The translations under genes were made by a program, and so were the position numbers. Under the pieces are notes generated by a model that saw nothing but the letters and a program-made list of their open reading frames with translations, did no database searches and was not told where the DNA came from. A stretch of 64,000 nt of DNA from IMG/VR virus record IMGVR_UViG_3300027985_000918, positions 310,001 to 374,000 of that record. The stretch is one strand, 5' to 3'. Shown here one piece after another: positions 1-7,062 of this stretch (positions are counted from its first letter, which is position 1; every line of letters starts with the position of its first letter).

Positions 1-291
1 GAGTTGTCTCTTGATGCCCTCCAGGTCACCGTTCATCCTGGTGACCCGCTTGCTCGACCTCTTGATCACCTTCCGCTGAACCCTCAGCTCGTCCAAAGGA
101 ACCCCTTGAAGCTGCAAGGAGGAAGCGGGCTCGGAAGACTCCACTTCCACCACAACGATGGGATCTGCGGGGGCTGGCACTGGGGCAGATGCCGCTTCTT
201 CGTTGGGGTTCCCTGGGGGGGAAGAAGAGCTTGGGGTATCTGCCGCCACGCACCCCCCAAGGAACAGGAGAGCCAGGAGGCTACTGGCCAC
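1..291 (-). CDS. Predicted lipoprotein, partial (runs off window); possible o-spanin or lysis accessory
   Basis: Not in the ORF track. GTG at 291 opens a frame with no stop to base 1: MASSLLALLFLGGC (lipobox), Pro/Ser-rich linker, then coiled-coil-like sequence. Overlaps the end of 281..541. Confidence 0.7.
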   Translation of the reverse strand, partial: MASSLLALLFLGGCVAADTPSSSSPPGNPNEEAASAPVPAPADPIVVVEVESSEPASSLQLQGVPLDELRVQRKVIKRSSKRVTRMNGDLEGIKRQL

Positions 292-541
292 CTCTCTCCC
301 GAAGAAGCTCTTTGATTTCCCGGATGTTGGCCTCGACGCCATTGAACTTTTCCTCCATGCGGAACAGCGTTTTTGAGTTCTGGCGAACCTCGGTGACCAC
401 GTCAGCCGCCTCCGCCTGATCATCTTCCAGAACTGCCAACCTTACCTCCAGGCTCACTGCCCAGATCATAAGGGGGACGACAAGGGCCGAGAGGATCTTG
501 AAGACCCACTCCCAGGTATTGCTGGTGGATTCGTCTGCCAT
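281..541 (-). CDS. Single-TM coiled-coil membrane protein (holin or i-spanin-like)
   Basis: N-terminal hydrophobic helix WVFKILSALVVPLMIWAVSL followed by a heptad coil; AGGAGG RBS; class-I promoter upstream. Confidence 0.65.
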   Translation of the reverse strand: MADESTSNTWEWVFKILSALVVPLMIWAVSLEVRLAVLEDDQAEAADVVTEVRQNSKTLFRMEEKFNGVEANIREIKELLRERGGQ

Positions 542-570
542 TCCGTCCTCCTTTCACGGCGGGGGCTCTT

Positions 571-601
571 TTATCTGAAGTCGGAGTATAGTCAGAAGAA
601 C
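571..601 (-). promoter_or_regulatory. Putative class-I (late) promoter
   Basis: Minus strand GTT-CTTCTGAC-TAT-N13-ATAA, upstream of 281..541. Confidence 0.55.
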
Positions 602-622
602 GCAACCGCTAGGATAAGACCA

Positions 623-1591
623 ATGGCACTGCCACCCCACCTCCAAAAGTTCATGGACACCCCCATCCCCGTGCTCGATGACGGCCACGTTCAGCTTGTG
701 GACGTGATGGGGGACGACATGACCATCGTGAATGCTGCCCGGGTCAGCTACGGCGCCGGGACCAAACGGGTCTCTCAGGACCGGCACCTCATCCGGTACC
801 TCATGCGGCACCGGCATACCACCCCCTTAGAAATGTGCTCGATCACCTTCCGTGTTAGAGTCCCGATGGACACCTGGCGGCAGTGGATCCGGCATCGCAC
901 GGCGTCCGTGAACGAGTACAGCACCCGCTACTCCGAGGCCATCGGCAGTGCCCAGCATGTCACCGAGTGGCGTGCTCAGGCTACCAACAACAAACAAGGG
1001 TCCTCGGGGGTCATCACCGAATGGCCTACCGACGACGTGGGCGTCGGAACCTCCTGGCACGAGCAGTTCCCAGGCACAGACAACTACGAGAACCCCGGCC
1101 AGTACCTCTCCGAACGGGAGGCCGCCCTGCACAAGCTGGCCCGTGAGGTATACGAAGAGCGCCTGGCTTTCGGCGTCTCCCGGGAGGTGGCCCGCAAAGA
1201 CCTGCCGCTGAGCACCTACACTGAAGCGTGGTGGAAGATGGACCTCCACAACCTCTTCCACTTCCTCCGCCTCCGTTTGGACCCCCATGCCCAGCAGGAG
1301 ATCCGGGAGTACGCCAGTGCCATCGCCCAGATTGTGCAGTCGTGGGTGCCTTGGGCTTGGGAGGCATTCGAGGACTACCAGCTCAACGGCCTGTACCTCA
1401 CCCGCTTCGAGGTGGCAGGTCTGAAGGCCCTGCTTTCCGAGCTGGGCAACCTGTCGGGCGGTGATACCGAGGCTGCCACCCTCATGGCGCTCAAAGGTTC
1501 GGGTCTGCCCAAGGGCCGGGAGAAGCAGGAGTTCCAGGATAAACTGGTCAAACTCCTGCCCTGTGTCAGACGTGTTTCAACGAGTACCTGA
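623..1591 (+). CDS. thyX: Flavin-dependent thymidylate synthase ThyX
   Basis: AARVSY, HxTPLE, ThyX signature RHRTASVNEYSTRY, REVARKDLP, LRLDPHAQQEIR. Confidence 0.97.
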   Translation: MALPPHLQKFMDTPIPVLDDGHVQLVDVMGDDMTIVNAARVSYGAGTKRVSQDRHLIRYLMRHRHTTPLEMCSITFRVRVPMDTWRQWIRHRTASVNEYSTRYSEAIGSAQHVTEWRAQATNNKQGSSGVITEWPTDDVGVGTSWHEQFPGTDNYENPGQYLSEREAALHKLAREVYEERLAFGVSREVARKDLPLSTYTEAWWKMDLHNLFHFLRLRLDPHAQQEIREYASAIAQIVQSWVPWAWEAFEDYQLNGLYLTRFEVAGLKALLSELGNLSGGDTEAATLMALKGSGLPKGREKQEFQDKLVKLLPCVRRVSTST

Positions 1592-1917
1592 ACAACCGCC
1601 TCACTTCCTGCCCCCACCTCAAAATCACTTCCCTGCGGGACACCGCCCGAAGCAACGCCAAATCCCGTAAGGTCCCTTTCGACATCCCCCAAGGATCATC
1701 TGCACTGCTTGTGGGATTCCCAGGAAGGGCGGATACCTCCGTCAGCCTTGATCGCAAGATCCCCGAGCTTGGGTATGTTGAGGGGAATGTGGTGCTGGCC
1801 TGCTGGGCCTTCAACCGCATGAGGCAAGATTTCAAACTTGATGTTCTGGTGAACTGCCGCCGGTTCCTCGATCGGCATGAGGCGGAGCAGTGCAAGGCGG
1901 ACTACACCTTTACGTGA
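1561..1917 (+). pseudogene. Degraded HNH-type (homing) endonuclease
   Basis: No start codon. CQTC...AKSRKVPFDI in one frame, KDHLHCLWDSQEGR in the +1 frame (1691-1732), then SLDRKIPELGYVEGNVVLACWAFNRM in the first frame. Confidence 0.6.
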
Positions 1918-2276
1918 TCCAAAGCGCCACCACGGGTGCCATCAAAATAGGACGGTCCTCTGACCCGGAACGTCGCCTCCGAGACCTCCAAACCGGCTCC
2001 CCCTTCCGACTAAAGATCATCCTGGTCATTGAGGGCGGGGGATGGCGGGAGTCCGAACTCCACCAACGGCTTCGGCGCTATCGCTCCCAGGGCACTTACA
2101 AAGGGGAATGGTTCATCGAGCCCGCACTGGGAGAACTCCCCAACGACATCTACGAGCGCCTGGACCTCGATGATGTGAACACCTGGTGGGTGACCGATGC
2201 GGGGGCCGTTCACTTTCCGGGGCCCCCCCAGAATCAGGGATGGGCGCCCGGTTCGGGATGCCACCACCCCCGATAA
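1890..2276 (+). CDS. GIY-YIG family nuclease (T5orf172/MUG113-like)
   Basis: LYVIQ...IKIGRSSDPERRLRDLQTGSP...ESELH...GEWF. Confidence 0.88.
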   Translation: MQGGLHLYVIQSATTGAIKIGRSSDPERRLRDLQTGSPFRLKIILVIEGGGWRESELHQRLRRYRSQGTYKGEWFIEPALGELPNDIYERLDLDDVNTWWVTDAGAVHFPGPPQNQGWAPGSGCHHPR

Positions 2277-2302
2277 TCAGCCTATGGATCCCTCCCCAGT
2301 AG
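2272..2302 (+). promoter_or_regulatory. Putative class-I (late) promoter
   Basis: GAT-AATCAGCC-TAT-N13-GTAG, upstream of 2332. Confidence 0.6.
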
Positions 2303-2331
2303 GCTCTTCAGAAATAAAACGGAGATGAGGC

Positions 2332-2652
2332 ATGAGCACAAACATCAAGGAAATGCGGGCCACCTGGGCTCGGGCGAAGCAGGCTGGCCCGAGGCTCGAT
2401 CCGCAGACCATCGACACCATCCGCCAGTACACTAACCGCAATCTCCACACCGAAAGCCTCATTCTGGTAGCTGAGATCTTCGGGATGGATAGACTGGCAG
2501 AGCAGTACCGGCTCATCCAGAAGTTGGCAGGCACCTTCGGCCACACGCCCTCCGAGTTGATGGACCTCCGCTACCGCATCTCCAAGCCGCTGTACGACAG
2601 GGCCCGGAAGACCCCGTTGCCTACTGGAGAAACCCTCGTAGATCTGCTCTGA
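2332..2652 (+). CDS. Hypothetical protein (possible virion cargo)
   Basis: RBS GGAG/GAGG; has its own class-I promoter; basic N-terminal leader ending in KQA. Confidence 0.7.
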   Translation: MSTNIKEMRATWARAKQAGPRLDPQTIDTIRQYTNRNLHTESLILVAEIFGMDRLAEQYRLIQKLAGTFGHTPSELMDLRYRISKPLYDRARKTPLPTGETLVDLL

Positions 2653-2691
2653 GCTTTACCTTCCTCGGAAGTTCCCCTAAACCCGCCAGCA

Positions 2692-2717
2692 GGTAACCGA
2701 CCCTCTTCGGCAAGTAG
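2692..2717 (+). promoter_or_regulatory. Putative class-II (ECF-like) promoter
   Basis: GGTAAC-N16-GTAG, upstream of the radical SAM gene. Confidence 0.6.
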
Positions 2718-2741
2718 TGCTCCAGCAACATGGAGGAACAT

Positions 2742-3698
2742 ATGCGCCTGGAGAAGATTGGTTTCTACACACTAAGCGACAGCCGAGCCCACTCGGCCTC
2801 GGAAACCTCCCCCTTGATGCGCTGTGAGCTACTGCTCACGGATGCCTGCAATTTCCGATGCCCCTATTGCCGGGGCCTTAAGCCGGACCAGAAGGGCACC
2901 CTCCCTCTGAATCAGGCGATGTACACGGTGCAACTCTGGTGTGACCAGGGGCTCCAGAACGTCCGCTTCTCGGGAGGAGAGCCAACCCTGTACAAGGGTC
3001 TCCCGGAATTGGTCTCCTACTGCAAGACCCGAGGGGTCAATCGAATCGCCGTCTCCACGAACGGCTCCATGCCCCTCCAGCTCTACAAGGGGCTGATCCG
3101 GGCTGGAGTCAACGACTTCTCCATCTCCCTGGATGGGGGCTGCTGCGCTGTGGGCGACGAGATGTCCGGTGGTGTCACCGGCTCCTGGAGCCGAGTGGTT
3201 GAGAACATCCGGCAGATCTCCAAGCTCACCTATGTGACGGTAGGCATGGTCTTCACCGAGGCCAACGTAGAGCAGTGCGTCGAAGCGGTCATGTTCGCAC
3301 GCAGTCTAGGGGTGTCCGATGTGCGAGTCATCCCCTCAGCCCAGTTCAACCAGGCCCTGACGAAACTGGCAGATCTGCCGTCCGAAACCCTGGACACCTT
3401 GCCCATTCTAAAGTACCGCATCCAAAACCTACGGGAGGGACGCCACGTCCGGGGGTTTGACGACCACCCGAAGTGCTGGCTGGCCCTCGACGACATGGCG
3501 GTAGTCCAGGACAAGCACTACCCCTGCATCATTCACCTTCGTGAGGGCGGAGCCCCCATCGGGACAGTCGGCCCTAACATGAGGACGGAGAGAGCCCTCT
3601 GGGTCAGGAACCACGATCCCCACTCCGACCCTATCTGCCGGGCGAACTGCTTGGACGTGTGCCTCGACTACAACCGCAAAGCGGGGGAGGGGCGATGA
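2742..3698 (+). CDS. Radical SAM enzyme
   Basis: CNFRCPYC (CxxxCxxC), FSGGEPTL, STNG, ISLDG; Cys-rich C-terminus. GGAGG RBS before the ATG at 2742. Confidence 0.93.
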   Translation: MRLEKIGFYTLSDSRAHSASETSPLMRCELLLTDACNFRCPYCRGLKPDQKGTLPLNQAMYTVQLWCDQGLQNVRFSGGEPTLYKGLPELVSYCKTRGVNRIAVSTNGSMPLQLYKGLIRAGVNDFSISLDGGCCAVGDEMSGGVTGSWSRVVENIRQISKLTYVTVGMVFTEANVEQCVEAVMFARSLGVSDVRVIPSAQFNQALTKLADLPSETLDTLPILKYRIQNLREGRHVRGFDDHPKCWLALDDMAVVQDKHYPCIIHLREGGAPIGTVGPNMRTERALWVRNHDPHSDPICRANCLDVCLDYNRKAGEGR

Positions 3699-3787
3699 TC
3701 TCGGCAGAAAAACTAGGCTGGTCTCCCTTTGCTCGAAAAGGCGGGGAGCAGCAAAACCCATTGGAGAATGGCTGAGCCGGAGACGAC

Positions 3788-4147
3788 ATGAAAAGTGCTG
3801 ATTCGGACATCCTCTACTACGGAAACGGAAGAGGCGGGGCTGCGGTTTCCCTTGATGATGGGATCACCGTCATCGTGGCTACCGGAAGAACCCTCGACCG
3901 GACTGGGGTCCCCATGTGGGAGGAGACCGACTTGGAGGACATCGAGGCCCTTCTCACCGAGCCTCAGAAGAAGGCCATCCAGGACTATCGGAATCGTCCC
4001 CCGCTGACCCCTCTTCAGGAAATGGCTGAGCGCCTGCGAAGGAAAACGGCTCTCCGACTGCGGAGAGAGAATGCTCAGCCCAACTCGCACACCTACCTGG
4101 GGCAGCTCGGGGAGGAAGCCTTGGTAGTGATGTCCGAGGAAGACTGA
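3788..4147 (+). CDS. Hypothetical protein
   Basis: GGAG RBS and plausible composition; follows the radical SAM gene. Confidence 0.6.
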   Translation: MKSADSDILYYGNGRGGAAVSLDDGITVIVATGRTLDRTGVPMWEETDLEDIEALLTEPQKKAIQDYRNRPPLTPLQEMAERLRRKTALRLRRENAQPNSHTYLGQLGEEALVVMSEED

Positions 4148-4506
4148 GTCCACTTCGGGTCCCGCACCCACGGGTGAGAGGGACCTTCTCCCCTACACCA
4201 CTTCGAGTCGTCTGTGGACCACCTTGTCCTGGCTGTACCCCTTTTCCCCCTCTTCAGAGCCATCTCCGCCTTGAGCGCCTCCGAGCGGTTGGCATAGGGG
4301 CCGTACAGCGCCCTAGGCTCCCAGGGCCTGTGCTTGGACGTATACTTCCCGCCCCCCTGGATTTCTCCGTTGTGCTGACGAATTCTCCGAGAGGGATCCG
4401 TTGTGGACCCCACGTAATGGAACCCTGGGAGAGGCTTACCCCTCCGATCCACACGGAGTTCCTGACTTTGAATCACGTAAACCCACCAGTTTTTTTCGCT
4501 ATCCAT
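4093..4506 (-). CDS. SLX1-like GIY-YIG structure-specific endonuclease
   Basis: VYVIQS...YVGSTTDPSRRIRQHNGEIQGGGKYT...RPW...ALKAE. Confidence 0.88.
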   Translation of the reverse strand: MDSEKNWWVYVIQSQELRVDRRGKPLPGFHYVGSTTDPSRRIRQHNGEIQGGGKYTSKHRPWEPRALYGPYANRSEALKAEMALKRGKRGTARTRWSTDDSKWCRGEGPSHPWVRDPKWTQSSSDITTKASSPSCPR

Positions 4507-4508
4507 GT

Positions 4509-4534
4509 GGTAACTCGGAGATGTCTGCCAGTAG
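4509..4534 (+). promoter_or_regulatory. Putative class-II promoter
   Basis: GGTAAC-N16-GTAG, upstream of 4574. Confidence 0.6.
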
Positions 4535-4573
4535 GTAGGGTGAACTAGAGGACCCTATCACAGGAGAAGTCCC

Positions 4574-5989
4574 ATGAGAAGCATGAACCTGATCACCATC
4601 ACCATCTCCCTCATCCTGGCCTCTTTCCTCGGGGGCTGCCTCGAACCGGAACTGTCCCCCGAGTCCTACAGAACCTTCTCGGAAGGTCCTGCAGACACTA
4701 CCCCCCCGACCCCTGAGGAGGAGGATCTCGACAACCCAGTGGATGAGCCGGACAGCACGGTTCCCGAAGATCCCTTCAAGTACCCCGACCTTGGGGTATG
4801 GCAGCGCCAGCGAGTGCTGTCCTGGGAACCGGGAACCATGGAAGGTTGGAGCCCCGACCTGACAATCCCGGACTGGGCACTCCCGGACCCTGAGGACCCT
4901 GAGGACCCTGAGGACCCCGTTCCCAACCCGGTCCTTCCCCCAGCAGTGGATAGCGGGGACAACAACCCCTGCACCTGGGACTCCGGTGACGAACCCCCCG
5001 TCCCCCGCAGCGGGTTCGTGAGCGACCAGCCGGGCTCCCTGAGAGACCTGGTGGAGATGGCCGATGGATCCTTCATGTTCACGGGATCGAGTGGATTCGC
5101 CGCTGCTACCTACGGGTTCGGCTACCTGAGGGAGTGGGTCTCCGAGTACGAAGGCGACTACGGCGGGGCTATCCTGTCGGAGGGCACAAACCTCGTCAGT
5201 CTCGGACGGACCGATGGCGGAGATCTCCAAATCGTCCGGCAGGGTGGATCCGGGGAACTGCTCTCCTCCACAGTGGTGAATGGAGAGAACCTGCACGTCT
5301 ATGACTCGGTTCCCCACCCCAACGGTTACGTGGTGCTCTACTACCAGGCGGGGACCCAGATGCACTCGGTATCCCTCCTGACCCCGGAGGGAGAGACCAT
5401 GTGGGAACTTCCCCTGCGGAACGCCCACCAGCTCGTCCAGACAGAGAGGGGGTTCGCCGTGGTAGGGGCCTCCGAGGACTGGCTGTCCACATGGGTTCGG
5501 GAATACGACCTCGACGGAACTCTCGTATGGGAAGCCAGCATCGAGATGGGTGGGGTACGCCACCGCCGACTGGCCGTGACAGAGGGTGGGGAGTTCGTGG
5601 TGACGACGGCTTCCTACGAAGAAGCCTACGTATCTTTGCTGAGCCATGAGGGCGGTGTCCTCTGGACCTCGGTCCTCCAGTCCCCGTCGGACCAGTCCTA
5701 CGAGTTCAACGCAGTGGCCGTGGCAGTAGAAGGCATTTACGTGGGGGGACGTCGCTACAACGGGGACAACACCCAGACGGGGGTCCTGTTCCTTCTGGAT
5801 GCCGAGGGATCCCCCTTGGGTTCCTGGGATCTGGCTTCCCCCAACCCCTACAACGACACATCGGTGCTCGGGATTCACCCTCTCCCGGAAGGTGGGGCAG
5901 TAGCCCACGGGGTGTTCGACCACAAGGGGTTCTGGCAAATCGTCAGCCCCCTCGGGTTCTGCACTGAACCCGAGGGTGCCTCCGAATAG
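4574..5989 (+). CDS. Lipoprotein with Pro/Asp/Glu-rich linker and predicted beta-propeller
   Basis: Signal peptide with lipobox FLGGC, (DPE)x3 repeat, DNNPCTWD, repeated xGxxxW blade motifs (PEGETMW, LDGTLVW, HEGGVLW). Confidence 0.8.
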   Translation: MRSMNLITITISLILASFLGGCLEPELSPESYRTFSEGPADTTPPTPEEEDLDNPVDEPDSTVPEDPFKYPDLGVWQRQRVLSWEPGTMEGWSPDLTIPDWALPDPEDPEDPEDPVPNPVLPPAVDSGDNNPCTWDSGDEPPVPRSGFVSDQPGSLRDLVEMADGSFMFTGSSGFAAATYGFGYLREWVSEYEGDYGGAILSEGTNLVSLGRTDGGDLQIVRQGGSGELLSSTVVNGENLHVYDSVPHPNGYVVLYYQAGTQMHSVSLLTPEGETMWELPLRNAHQLVQTERGFAVVGASEDWLSTWVREYDLDGTLVWEASIEMGGVRHRRLAVTEGGEFVVTTASYEEAYVSLLSHEGGVLWTSVLQSPSDQSYEFNAVAVAVEGIYVGGRRYNGDNTQTGVLFLLDAEGSPLGSWDLASPNPYNDTSVLGIHPLPEGGAVAHGVFDHKGFWQIVSPLGFCTEPEGASE

Positions 5990-6946
5990 CTACCGGGGAA
6001 TCGAGACAACCCTGCCTGAAGTCTTCCTGGCCTGATACTCTTCGATGGCCTCCACGATGGCTGCTACCAGAGGATGCCGAACCACGTCCCGGGTTCCAAA
6101 CTCATGCACCCCGATTCCGGGGATATGGGACAGAACGCTCACCATCTCGGACAGCCCCGAAGACTTCCTTTCCAAATCGACCTGGGTCACATCCCCCGTC
6201 ACGATGCACCGGCTATCCTCCCCCAGGCGGGTCAGAAGCATAGTGAGCTGCTGCCAGGTGCAGTTCTGAGCCTCATCTAGCAGAACGAACGCATTGGAGA
6301 GGGTGCGTCCCCGCATGTAAGCCAGAGGAGCGATCTCGATTTTGCCTTCCTTCTTCAGGCGATCTACCCGGGCTTTGCCCATGAGGGTGTTGAGAGCATC
6401 GAACAGCGGCTGAAGGTACGGGTTCACCTTCTCATCAAATGTCCCCGGCAGGAAGCCCAGACTCTCGCCGGCCTCAACTGCCGGGCGGGTAAGGATGATC
6501 CTCTCCACCTCACCAGTGAGGAACGCATGAATGGCGGCGGCCACCGCCAAGTACGTCTTTCCGGTACCCGCAGGACCGATGCCGAAAACGATGTCATGGT
6601 CCCCGATCTTCTCCAGATACTCGGACTGTCCCTCCGTCTTCGGTTCGACGTTGCTGTAGGTGATGGGCTTCCGGCTGCTACGCTTCTTCATGTAGGCATC
6701 CATCATTGCGGAGCTAGTCGAGTGGCCCTGGTGTGCCTTCAGACTAATGAAGTTCACCAGATCCGTGACGTACTCCAGGTCATGCTCGGAGCGAGCGTTC
6801 AGCACGAGCTTCTTGGACTGAACCCGTATGCGGGTGCCAAGCCGCTGGAGAAAACGAATCGTGGCCCAGTCTGTCCCACAGAACAGGGCCAGTACGGACT
6901 CGTCCTGGAATTTGAATACACGCTTGAAGGGGAAAGGTTCGTTCAT
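5990..6946 (-). CDS. phoH: PhoH family ATPase
   Basis: [55 protein letters not shown]. Confidence 0.97.
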   Translation of the reverse strand: MNEPFPFKRVFKFQDESVLALFCGTDWATIRFLQRLGTRIRVQSKKLVLNARSEHDLEYVTDLVNFISLKAHQGHSTSSAMMDAYMKKRSSRKPITYSNVEPKTEGQSEYLEKIGDHDIVFGIGPAGTGKTYLAVAAAIHAFLTGEVERIILTRPAVEAGESLGFLPGTFDEKVNPYLQPLFDALNTLMGKARVDRLKKEGKIEIAPLAYMRGRTLSNAFVLLDEAQNCTWQQLTMLLTRLGEDSRCIVTGDVTQVDLERKSSGLSEMVSVLSHIPGIGVHEFGTRDVVRHPLVAAIVEAIEEYQARKTSGRVVSIPR

Positions 6947-6970
6947 GGACAGGCCCCCACTCTAGTTCAC

Positions 6971-7001
6971 CCACCTTAGAGTGGATGATAGCGGCCCTAC
7001 C
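6971..7001 (-). promoter_or_regulatory. Putative class-I (late) promoter
   Basis: GGT-AGGGCCGC-TAT-N13-GTGG, upstream of phoH. Confidence 0.55.
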
Positions 7002-7062
7002 GAACAGAGAGAAGCCCCGAGAGGACGGAGGGAGTTGCAGGTGGGCGGGAGGTGTCAGCCTG

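Noticed and set aside
2742-3698. Viperin, MoaA or QueE assignment for the radical SAM protein
   Set aside because: Only generic radical SAM motifs are visible; no family-specific signature or pathway neighbours.
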